NCBI RefSeq assembly: GCF_009914755.1
Contig: NC_060925.1
Reading direction: 5' to 3' (one strand)
DNA length: 64,000 nt
DNA from: the human T2T-CHM13v2.0 reference genome, Homo sapiens
The translations under genes were made by a program, and so were the position numbers. Every line of letters starts with the position of its first letter. The first letter of the stretch is position 1. The notes below the pieces were generated by a model that worked only from the letters and a program-made list of their open reading frames with translations, searched no databases and was not told the origin of the DNA. This document shows positions 16,768 through 33,649 of the stretch, in pieces.

Positions 16768-18497
16768 TTATGTATCAAGATACTCATTGATGTTAAAAAT
16801 ATTGATTGAACATTTAATCTGTGGCAGACGCTATATTAGGTTTTAGAAGCACAGCATTGAACAAGATAGATACACAATCCCTACCCTGATTGAGCTTCCA
16901 GGCTATCAAGACAATTATACAATTAATAAAGTGTGATGAGTAGTTACCATAGAAGTATTCTCAGGGATAGAGGTCTTCTGCCTGCACTTGAACAAGAGCA
17001 GCGCTATATTGATTATAATTTGGGACTCCAGGTAAGATTTTGTTTGTAAACCTGGCTTCACTACCATATAAAAGTTTGAATACTGCCATTTATTTATCTG
17101 AATTTCATCCTAACAGCCTATTATGTAAATGAATGGCCATTGCGTATATAGTTATAACTATATAAGCTTTTTTTTTTTAAATTGAGACAGAGTCTTCCTC
17201 TGTCACCCAGGCCGGAATGCAGTGGTTCAATCACGGCTCATTGCAGCCTTGACCTCCCAGGCTCAAGTCATCCTCCCATCTCAACTTCCCAAGTAGATGG
17301 GGACACAGGTGCACGCCACCACGTCCAGCTAATTTTTAAACTTTTTGTGGAGACGGGGTCTCTCTGTTTTGCCCAAGCTGGTCTCGAACTTGTGTGCTCA
17401 AGAAATCCTCCTCCCTTAGTCTCCCAAAGTGTTGGGATTATAGGTGTCAGCCACCATGCCCAGCCTTATAAGCCTTATCCTCATTTTATAGTTGAGAAAA
17501 TACAGTTAACAGAGTTAAAGAACAGAGTTAAAGTAACCCTTTTTTTTTTTTGAGATGGAGTCTCGCTCTGTCGCCCAGGCTGGAGTGCAGTGGCCTGATC
17601 TCGGCTCACTGCAAGCTCCGCCTCCTGGGTTCATGCCATTCTCCTGGCTCAGCCTCCCGGTAGCTGGGACTACAGGAGCCCACCACCACACCCGGCTAAT
17701 TTTTTGTATGTTTAGTAGGGACGGGGTTTCACCGTGTTAGCCAGGATGGTCTCGATCTCCTGACCTCGTGATCTGCCCCCCTCGGCCTCCCAAAGTGCTA
17801 GGATTACAGGCGTGAGCCACCGCACCCCGCCGCTAAAGTCTTACGACAATTAAATTGCAAAGCCTCATTCCAAATCTCTGCTCTCTATATCACACCACAG
17901 TGCCCACACCCAAAATGGAATAAATCTTATTTCCCCAGAAGAGAGATCTCTAGTTAAGAAGTACAAAGCTCTGCCTTAGCCTTATCCAATATCCATTTTT
18001 TTTTATGAAAGAGATATATAGCATGCTGATAAAAAACAAAAAACACACCATCATCTCAATCAACATGGAAAAAGCATTTGAAAAACTCCTTTATAAGGCC
18101 GGGCGCTTTGGCTCATGTCTGTAATCCTAGCACTTTGGGAGGCCGAGGCAGGCAGATCACCTGAGGTCAGGAGTTCAAGACCAGCCTGGCAGACAGGGTG
18201 AAACCCCGTCTCTACAAAAAATGCAAAAATTAGCTGAGCATGGTGGCCTGCGTCTGTGGTCCCAGTTACCGGGTGGCTGAGGCAGGAGAATCACTTGAAC
18301 CCAGGAGGGGAGGCAGAGATTGCAGTGAGCCGAGATCACACCACTGCCCTCCAGCCTGGGTGACAGAGGGAGACTCCGTCTCAAAACAAAAATCAAAAAA
18401 CAACTCCCTTTTGAGAAAAACCGTCAACGCCAGAAGGGAACTTCCTCAACCTGACAAGGGCATCTGTGAAAAATCTGCAGCTTAACCTCATATTTAA

Positions 18498-19103
<606 letters not shown>

Positions 19104-19314
19104 TGATCCGCCCGCCTCGGCCTCCCAAAGTGCTAGGATTACAGCCGTGAGCCACCGCGCCCCGCCAACACTCTTACTCAATATTGTACTGGAGGCTGAG
19201 CACGGTGGCTCACGCCTGTAATCTTAGCACTTTGGGAGGCCGAGCGGGCTGGATCACCTGAGGTCAGGAGCTCGAAGCCAGCCTGGCCAACATGGTGAAA
19301 CTCCATCTCTACTA

Positions 19315-19506
<192 letters not shown>

Positions 19507-19920
19507 TTACTGCCACAGGCTGGAATGATTCACTGAATAAACAGTGAAATAAACATAAATAAAATAAATAAATATATTTTTAAAAATTTTGGTCTTACTT
19601 TGACCCCCCAGGCTGGAGTGAAGTGGTATAATCTTGGCTCATTTGCAATCTCGACCTCCGGGGTTCAAGAGATCCTCCTGCTTCAGCCCCCAAAATAGTT
19701 GGGACTACAGGTGCCCGCCACCACTCCGGCTAATTTTTGTATTTTTTGTACAGCTGGGGTTTCACCACGTTGCCTAAGCTATTTTCGAACTCCTGGGCTC
19801 AAGCCATCTGCCCACCCCGGCCTCTGAAAGTGCTGGGGTTATCTGCGTGAATCACCGCACCCGGCCAAACAAGATATTTAAATCTATAATTAACGTTTTT
19901 AGGTTTTATTTATTTTTTGA

Positions 19921-20028
<108 letters not shown>

Positions 20029-20168
20029 TAGCCGGGACTACAAGCGTGCGCCACCATGCCTAGCTAATTTTGTATTGTTAGTAGAGACGGGTTTCACCAG
20101 TCAGGCTGGTCTGGAGCTCCTGACCTCAAGTGATCCACCTGCCTTGGCCTCCCAAGTTGCTGGGATTA

Positions 20169-20530
<362 letters not shown>

Positions 20531-20937
20531 TTAATGTGTTTAGATTTTAAGTCCAACTGGAGTTTATTTATTGTTTCCCCACAAGTAATCCCAGCACTTT
20601 GGGGAGGCTGGGGCAGGAGGATCGCTTGAGCCCGGGAGATGGAAGATGCAGTAAGCTATGATCGTACCACTGTACTCCAGCCTGGGCAACAGATTGAGAC
20701 ACTGTCTAAAAAAAAAAAAAAAAGTCTAGGACTCAGTGAATGGCTAGACTAAGGCAGAAATCTTGCAGGGATTTGTCTTTTGATTCTGCATGGTTTCTAA
20801 TCTTTATCAGGAGTTAAACATCCTTCTACAGGATAACTGCATCTAGAGGCAGGACTATATATAAGCAAAGGAAAAGTTCTTCGAAGAGGAAACACGAATC
20901 GCTCGTTTTAGGAAGTCAGTGCCTTGAAAAGCGCCTT

Positions 20938-21111
20938 GGGGTTGGGGGCTCGGGGCTGGGGGAGGGATAGCATTAGGAGAAATACCTAATGTAAATGACG
21001 AGTTGATGGGTGCAGCAAACCAACATGGCACAAGTATACCTATGTATCAAACTTGCACGTTGTGCACATGTACTCTAGAACTTAAGGTATAATAAAAATA
21101 AATAAATAAGT
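20938..21111 (+). mobile_element. 5'-truncated L1PA 3' end in the UFC1 promoter, with TSD
   Basis: GGGAGGGATAGCATTAGGAGAAATACCTAATGTAAATGACGAGTTG...; TSD AAAAGCGCCTT (20927-20937) / AAAAATGCCTT (21112-21122). Confidence 0.9.
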
Positions 21112-21454
21112 AAAAATGCCTTCAGCAGCCTGAAGTTCTAAGAGCTTTCCAAGTTTGGGAAGGTGTCCGGGTTTTCTGCGATTACTTCTCTGAGCATGAA
21201 CGGAAGTCACCCTTTGTGCCTTATGCGGTGATTTTAATGATAGGTGTCATATATAGGACGGAGTAATCTGTTTACATTCTGTTCTTCTCGATGCACTCAC
21301 AAGCGGGTAACTAGGTGACAAGAAAACAAAGATCTTATTCAAAAGAGGTCTTACAGCAACCCAACGTCTCATCTTCCCATAGTAAAGATGACGGCGCCTT
21401 GAGGTAAGCTACAGGCAACACCACTTCCGCGTTTCTCTTGCGCCCTGGTCCAAG

Positions 21455-25949
<4,495 letters not shown>

Positions 25950-26290
25950 AGAATCAAGCCACTGAGGCAGGGCAGAGGGACCTTTGATAGGCTACGATAC
26001 TATTTTCCTGTGCATCACACTTAACTCATCTAACTGCTTCCCCGGACACCCTCCACCTCTAGTTGTTACTAAGTAGCTGCAGTAGGCATTGCTGGGGAAG
26101 AAACAAACACACACCAAACAGTACTGCTACTTAGTTTCTAAGGCTGCACAGGGAAGGGAAAGACTGGGCTTTGGACAATCTAGAGGTAATTTATATCCGC
26201 CCCCAGGTGGAGCAACATGCGATTCTGGAGGCACGGGGGTAACTGAAAGTGAGTACATATAGTCTTTCTGGTTTCTGGAGATAACCCATC

Positions 26291-26296
26291 AATAAA
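26291..26296 (+). terminator. UFC1: UFC1 polyadenylation signal AATAAA
   Basis: First AATAAA after the stop codon, followed by GT-rich sequence. Confidence 0.8.
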
Positions 26297-26829
26297 AGCT
26301 GCTTCCTCTGGTAGCCTGTGGTTCTCATTGGGAGCTGTTAACAGAGGGCAAGTGGGCTGAAACCTGAGGCACATGAACAGCTACGCCGGGTTGGGTTGGG
26401 AAAGAGTCGGAAATAGGGGATGCTCTGGTCAGGAGTGGGAATGAAATGTTGACTGTTCCCCCTGCTGCTCAGATCTACCTTTGTCCTTTAGTGGTGAGCC
26501 ATGCTTTGCCCTACCGTGTTAGCCTGCAAGAAGTGGTTTTGCCGGACCAGCACTTCCCGCCCTCCAGGGATCTTCCCAGCCCTCTGTGAAGTGCTAGATG
26601 CTTCTCCACTGGTCTGCGGGCTGGACCCAGGCCTGCAGTTTGCCATACTTGCGCCCCTGCTGTTTGGGAAGGATCTGTGCTGTAAGCCTCGCGGCCATAC
26701 TACGACTGTCAGATCTCCATCCCTATGGGCTATAGGATGGGGCGACGGCACCCTATACCTCAGGGACTTGCTTTGGAGTCATGGATTAAAGACCTCTCTG
26801 GGCAGCGTTGAGAACCAGCGACCCTAAAC

Positions 26830-27135
26830 TTGGCTGCGTTTCCATGGTGTCGATCGCGGAGCCGTGGGGGCGGGCTCACGCAAGCGCCAAGGGACCGGTG
26901 GGAGGAGTTCGGGTGTGGATGCGCAGGCGCTTTGAGAGACGGTGAAGCCGGTGGCCGGTGGCCGGGCGGGACCAACAAAGATGGCGGCGGCCCCTGCGGC
27001 GGGAGCGATCTGGGCAACGGCTGCGGCTAAAGCTGCAGCCGGGCCCACGGGGGGGCTGCACGGGGGTAGTAGGGGGTGGCCCTGAACTGGGGCCTGGCCC
27101 TGGCTGGCCTCTCCCGCCGCCTCACTGGGGGACAG
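26830..27135 (+). promoter_or_regulatory. USP21: USP21 CpG promoter and non-coding exon 1 (donor CAG|GTACGG at 27135/27136)
   Basis: CpG island, GC box GGGCGG, YY1 motif AAGATGGCGGC at 26978. TSS approximate. Confidence 0.75.
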
Positions 27136-27907
27136 GTACGGGCCGGGGCGTTATGGCATGGCGGGGTGTGGGGGGGCGCAGAGGGAAGACTGCTCCAGAC
27201 CCGAGAGGACACTCTCCACAAAGGCGCGTGGGGCCCGGCGGGGCCTGGGAGAACTGGGCTGGAGGGACAGCATCCCTGGACCGCGGGGAATACGCCGCCG
27301 GATTCCGTAGCCAATCAGCGGTCTCGGCCTTTCTGCCCTCGAGGGGGGCGGACCCGGCTAAAGCCCTGCTGTGGTGGGAGAAGTGCAGAGATTAAGGGTC
27401 AAGGAGTTGTTCGTCCTCCATCCCCGACTACTGCTTTCTGAACCTCGACACCATGTCGGAGGTCGGAGGTGGGGGAGGGAATGGATCGTAAGTCACCCAT
27501 ATAGTCTGCTTCATTTGCAGCCCAGAGAGGCAGGGATTCGAGGATGGAGGGCTGTCTTTTGGGCTGTTATTCTTGCATCTACACTACCATTTGGCTAGGG
27601 TCTTAAGTGACCCGAGGCACATCCTACTTTACTAGCCGGGTATGGGGTCCCATGTTACGTTAGAGCCGAGATAGGAGTTATCACTGGCTTTTCAGTAAAG
27701 ATGTGTTCTGCAGGGAGGGGTCGGGAGTATAGAAAGGGTCAAAGCCATGGGCTGCTTATCTTTCATTCATTTGTTTACCCAATAGATACTAAGTATTTAC
27801 TTTGTACCAAACACGATGCCAGGTACTGGGGATACGATGGCTGATTCGATAGATCTGGTTCCTGCCCTCAGTGCGTATACTGCTCCCCACTTTCGTTGAT
27901 GTGGTAG

Positions 27908-27963
27908 TGGTGATGACTGAGCCAACCACCTAATGTGGAAATGAGAGGACAGCAAGATTGTGG
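27908..27963 (+). other. USP21: Optional 5'-UTR exon derived by duplication of USP21 coding exon 31012-31076
   Basis: TAG|TGGTGATG...ATTGTGG|GTATGG. 27881-28002 aligns with 30983-31115. Confidence 0.6.
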
Positions 27964-28097
27964 GTATGGAATGGGGCAAAGCAATAAGGGAAAATTAGTG
28001 TGGCAGGGTTCAGTACAGCAGCCTGGGTTCCCATTTCCCCCCATATTCAAATGCTGACACTCTCTTCTCCTCCCAGGTCCAGCCTGTGGTGTCCACA

Positions 28098-31000
28098 ATG
28101 CCCCAGGCCTCTGAGCACCGCCTGGGCCGTACCCGAGAGCCACCTGTTAATATCCAGCCCCGAGTGGGATCCAAGCTACCATTTGCCCCCAGGGCCCGCA
28201 GCAAGGAGCGCAGAAACCCAGCCTCTGGGCCAAACCCCATGTTACGACCTCTGCCTCCCCGGCCAGGTCTGCCTGATGAACGGCTCAAGAAACTGGAGCT
28301 GGGACGGGGACGGACCTCAGGCCCTCGTCCCAGAGGCCCCCTTCGAGCAGATCATGGGGTTCCCCTGCCTGGCTCACCACCCCCAACAGTGGCTTTGCCT
28401 CTCCCATCTCGGACCAACTTAGCCCGTTCCAAGTCTGTGAGCAGTGGGGACTTGCGTCCAATGGGGATTGCCTTGGGAGGGCACCGTGGCACCGGAGAGC
28501 TTGGGGCTGCACTGAGCCGCTTGGCCCTCCGGCCTGAGCCACCCACTTTGAGACGTAGCACTTCTCTCCGCCGCCTAGGGGGCTTTCCTGGACCCCCTAC
28601 CCTGTTCAGCATACGGACAGAGCCCCCTGCTTCCCATGGCTCCTTCCACATGATATCCGCCCGGTCCTCTGAGCCTTTCTACTCTGATGACAAGATGGTG
28701 AGGACTTGCCACACACATGGCCTTCATGCCCATGTTCCTCTGTGCTTTCCTGCCATCCTCTGCCTTTTCTGTCCCCCATTTCCCTGAAGTTCCTTTCTCA
28801 GCCCTTCATTACAGCAGTTTGGACATGCCTCTCCCTTGCTTAAATACCCTTGAGCCTCCTAGACCCTTTTTTGGGTTGTTGGTGACTCTTCAGCATGGTG
28901 TGCCATTTCGGTCCCCAGGGGATTACCCCAACTATTTAGAATTCTTCTTTGGGTCCCCAGGCCCTTCCTTTCCCTTGCTTGCACCTTCTCTACTGGGACT
29001 CTGCCTAGGCCTAATTAATCTCTGGAGCTAAAGAGAGGCAGGCACAGAACATCTTAGCAAACGTGGTTGCACATTTTCTGAGCTAAGTAAGCTAGGCTGA
29101 TTGCAATTGGAGCCAGCAGGAGAAGGGCAAGAAGGGGCCACGGGGGCAGGAGGGGGTTTTGGGGGCAGAAAGGTGGGAGTGGTGAGCAGCTGGGCAACCA
29201 TGCCGGTGCTGGGGGAGTTGCCCCAGGAGCTGCAACGTCAGCTAGCTGAGCAGAGGAGTAAGTGGGCAACAGGTGGGACAGCCATGGCTGAGTCCGTGGT
29301 ACATTCAGCTGTGATGGGCTTACTGCTCATGACCAGTGAGGTAGGGAGACTAGAATACCTAGTGAGGGGAATAGGGTAGAGTTTGGGGATGAAACATGCA
29401 TGGGATGGGGGAGGCAGTGGGCAGCATGCTGTTGAAAGGTTAAAGTGCCAGGTAGGATATATAGGAACTTGCCGATTGTACTCTGACCTTCCAGGCTCAT
29501 CACACACTCCTTCTGGGCTCTGGTCATGTTGGCCTTCGAAACCTGGGAAACACGGTGAGAGCTATTCTCCTATCTTTCCTCTCTAAAAGGAATGTGAAAT
29601 GGTGCTGGGGGTGGGGAAAACCCACGAGCTTGGGGAAGGCATGTGGAAGGAGAGCTCTGAAGCTCTTCTAAGGCTTCCTGGGCAGTGGTCTGGAGAGATA
29701 ACAGCAGTGTCCCTACTGCTCCCCAGTGCTTCCTGAATGCTGTGCTGCAGTGTCTGAGCAGCACTCGACCTCTTCGGGACTTCTGTCTGAGAAGGGACTT
29801 CCGGCAAGAGGTGCCTGGAGGAGGCCGAGCCCAAGAGCTCACTGAAGGTGGGGCAACAACTCCTGCTCCCTCTGTTCAAGTCCCTTTTTCCCCAACCACT
29901 TGCAGGTCCATCTGCCACTGGTGGTGGCCCCCAACCCTTAAATCTGGCAGTTGTATCTACTTTTCCCAGTGCCTACTTTCCTAAAGGTTATTTTCTACCC
30001 TCTGAGCCACCTTTTGCTTGCCTCTTCCAGACATTAACCTTTGTTTGCCTTCCCCACTCCCATCCCAACAGCCTTTGCAGATGTGATTGGTGCCCTCTGG
30101 CACCCTGACTCCTGCGAAGCTGTGAATCCTACTCGATTCCGAGCTGTCTTCCAGAAATATGTTCCCTCCTTCTCTGGATACAGGTGGGAGAGCTGGAGGC
30201 TATGGGATTTCTCTCTGGCCATGTCTGGGGGTAGGGCCAAGCAAGGGCCCTGGCAGCATTGTTCTGAGCCTTGAGATGTTCTTCATCCAGGAAGTGGGGA
30301 CCAATATCTGGGCAGGGAATAGTGTCTGTGGACTAGGAGAGGAGTCAGTTGCCCATACTCTTTGTCTGGCTGTAGCCAGCAGGATGCCCAAGAGTTCCTG
30401 AAGCTCCTCATGGAGCGGCTACACCTTGAAATCAACCGCCGAGGCCGCCGGGCTCCACCGATACTTGCCAATGGTCCAGTTCCCTCTCCACCCCGCCGAG
30501 GAGGGGCTCTGCTAGAAGAACCTGAGTTAAGGTAAGGGTCGTTCCCTCTACCTCCTTTCCCCGTAGTTTATCAGCATCATTCACACTTCATAGAACTAAA
30601 CTAGTAAAGATTGAAGATGTAGGGTCCAGGGAAACCCTTTAGTATAGAAAATAGTATGAGAAGCAACATAGAAGTAGAAGGAAGGAAGGAAGAGGGGGAG
30701 TCTAAGGGAGCAGATGGAGGCAGAAGATCATGCTAGGGATGTCACCAAATTGAAGAAGGGGATAATTCATTTACAGGTAGAGGAAGACAGCATATTCTTC
30801 CCTTATGTACATTCCTTTCTTTTCCTCTCACCTCGGATTTCCCTAGAAAGTTCATTGAGGCATTATTCTTTTGACTTTTCCTTGAAATTTAGGGAAGGAG
30901 CAGGGGTGTGGATGGGGAGTAGGGCTCTGTAGGTTGTTTCAGTGGGTGTTGGGGGTGCCCAGTGTTCCTGCTGTCTCATGGGTGCTCCCCACTTCCTTTG

Positions 31001-32904
31001 ATCTGTGGTAGTGATGATGACCGAGCCAACCTAATGTGGAAACGTTACCTGGAGCGAGAGGACAGCAAGATTGTGGGTATGGAATGGGGCAAAGCAATGA
31101 GGGAAAATTAGTGTGTGAGGGGGGTACAGGCTTGGGGGGAAAAATCGATACTATCAAGGGGTATGGGAACAAGACTGGATGATGCAAATGTGAAGCTGTG
31201 TGAAGAGTTGATTAGGAGTGTTGGTAGTGGGAAAGGAAGGGTCAAGCAAAGGGGCAGGAAGAGATGGAAATCCAAGAAATCATCTCATAACATCCAACAA
31301 TGACCTTTTCTCCTGTCCCTGTGCTTCTGTCTAGACCTGTTTGTGGGCCAGTTGAAAAGTTGTCTCAAGTGCCAGGCCTGTGGGTATCGCTCCACGACCT
31401 TCGAGGTTTTTTGTGACCTGTCCCTGCCCATCCCCAAGGTGGGATTCCAGAGGATTCCGGGGTGGACAGGACAGGGGCTCTGTGACCCAAGCCTACCCAC
31501 CCCCAGAGTGTGGGCGGGAACCCTGTGGGTTTCTGGAGCAGAACTGAAGCCTGGATTGATTGAGAAGAGTTGGAAAAGGAAATTCAGAACATGTTGACCT
31601 TTCTTCCCCTTTTCCCCCAGAAAGGATTTGCTGGGGGCAAGGTGTCTCTGCGGGATTGTTTCAACCTTTTCACTAAGGAAGAAGAGCTAGAGTCGGAGAA
31701 TGCCCCAGTATGTGGAGGTTCACAAGGGATACAGTAAGGGTGGGAGACCTGGGGGGACTCCATGTGGATAAAAGGGATTGCATGATGTCTTCATATGGGG
31801 AATAATATTTATGTATCTGGGTTTGTGTTGGAGTCTCAGATCTGTTCTAGTACTCCTAGAGCAAAGGGGAGAAGCCAAGAGGATCCAGCTGTAATGAAGA
31901 GCATACTAAATTTGTATGTGGATCGGGGTGTCAGAAAAGCCAATTGAGGTTAGGAGCATATTAACCTAACACTGTTTGCCATTTATTCAGGTGTGTGACC
32001 GATGTCGGCAGAAAACTCGAAGTACCAAAAAGTTGACAGTACAAAGATTCCCTCGAATCCTCGTGCTCCATATCCTAATCTTCAGATTCTTACTTCTCTT
32101 AGGATACCTCCCATACATTCTCTTTCCTCCATGTTTCCAGAGAATTGAATTTTCCTTAGGAAAAGTCTGCCACCCACTTTTCCACAAGATGCTCCCAGTG
32201 TGTCGGGAGTGGGGAGAGGACAGCTTTCAGGATAGAAGAAGTTCCCCTCAGAGGCCCACTGCCTCCCAAATGCTCCTTAACCAGGGCTTAGATCTGAATC
32301 GATTTTCTGCCTCCCGAGGCTCCATCAAAAAAAGTTCAGTAGGTGTAGACTTTCCACTGCAGCGACTGAGCCTAGGGGACTTTGCCAGTGACAAAGCCGG
32401 TGAGTCTGGTGGGGAAAGTCCTAAGGAGCCAAAGGAGTGGGGGCACAGCTCTGATTATAGAACTTGATCATCTCCAACCCCGCAGGAAGTCCTGTATACC
32501 AGCTGTATGCCCTTTGCAACCACTCAGGCAGCGTCCACTATGGCCACTACACAGCCCTGTGCCGGTGCCAGACTGGTTGGCATGTCTACAATGACTCTCG
32601 GTGAGAATAGCCTCCTATTTACATCCTGCCCCATTCCCACTCAGCCCTGACACCCTCCCCTTCTATGAAGCTCCAGGAGAGCAGAGTGCCAGGTGAAAGG
32701 AGAGGTGGAGGTCTTGCCTGATCATTTCCTGGATGCTCTGAGGTTCGGTCTTGTAGGGAGAAGGGAGTAAACAGGAATGACCACAACCCTTTCCCGATCT
32801 CCTTTTTTCCTAGTGTCTCCCCTGTCAGTGAAAACCAGGTGGCATCCAGCGAGGGCTACGTGCTGTTCTACCAACTGATGCAGGAGCCACCCCGGTGCCT
32901 GTGA
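28098..32904 (+). CDS. USP21: Ubiquitin-specific protease 21, 565 aa
   Basis: Coding exons 28098-28697, 29495-29554, 29727-29847, 30072-30183, 30376-30531, 31012-31076, 31335-31438, 31621-31707, 31991-32069, 32292-32399, 32486-32600, 32814-32904 (1698 nt). Cys box [20 protein letters not shown], His box HYGHY, WHVYNDS. Confidence 0.98.
29200..29340 (+). CDS. USP21: Candidate alternative first coding exon of USP21 (USP2b-like N-terminus, 47 aa)
   Basis: ACCATG start, 141 nt with no stop, GAG|GTAGGG phase-0 donor matching the phase-0 acceptor at 29495. Motif SAVMGLLL resembles recalled USP2b STFVGLLL. Confidence 0.55.
32070..32291 (+). other. USP21: U12-type (minor spliceosome) intron with AT-AG termini
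   Basis: 5' ATATCCTAA, branch TCCTTAAC at 32274-32281, 3' TTAG. These boundaries give ILVL-H-LNRF and the 565-aa length. Confidence 0.9.
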
Positions 32905-33159
32905 CACCTCTAAGCTCTGGCACCTGTGAAGCCCTTTAAACACCCTTAAGCCCCAGGCTCCCCGTTTACCTCAGAGACGTCTATTTTTGTGTCTTTTTAA
33001 TCGGGGAGGGGGGAGGGGGTGGTTGTAGCTCCATTATTTTTTTTATTAAAAAATACCCTTCCACCTGGAGGCTCCCTTGTCTCCCAGCCCCATGTACAAA
33101 GCTCACCAAGCCCCTGCCCATGTACAGCCCCCAGACCCTCTGCAATATCACTTTTTGTG

Positions 33160-33165
33160 AATAAA
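33160..33165 (+). terminator. USP21: USP21 polyadenylation signal AATAAA
   Basis: AATAAA with two upstream TGTA elements and downstream T/GT-rich sequence. Confidence 0.8.
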
Positions 33166-33649
33166 TTTATTAAGAAAAAATGATGTGCTTATTTGTATTT
33201 TTGCTTAGGGGGTGATAGAGAACTGGGCCAAATTGGAGTCTTCTTGGGACCCAAGTTCCCTCTCTAACAGGTGGGGGCGCTCTCAGAGCCGAGGGGGAAG
33301 GTTTCGGGGATGGTGCTGGACCCGGACCTGTGTCCCCCAGCAGTGAAGGTTATGTACTGGGAGGAAAAGAGGAAAGGCATACTTGAGTGAGGCTGCGTGC
33401 AGGCTCTGGGGCGACTGGTTTGGTCGGCGATGGGGGAGTGCCACTGTTGACAAACACTGGGTACGTTGCCGGGCGGCCCTAGCTCCCGTAGGCCCGGTCT
33501 GTTGCTAACATCAAGGAGCTGTTTATGGAGCCGCCTCCCCGTGGACTGGCCTTAAGTGTCCCTATCTATTCTCCCTACGACCAAAGCTCCTGCGGCCTTC
33601 CCTCTAGGGTTGTCACCCTAGCTGGACCTGGTAAGCTTGTGCTGGGGAA

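Noticed and set aside
26488-27598. Many overlapping ORFs at the USP21 promoter
   Set aside because: Stop-poor CpG island, mostly non-ATG starts, low-complexity products.
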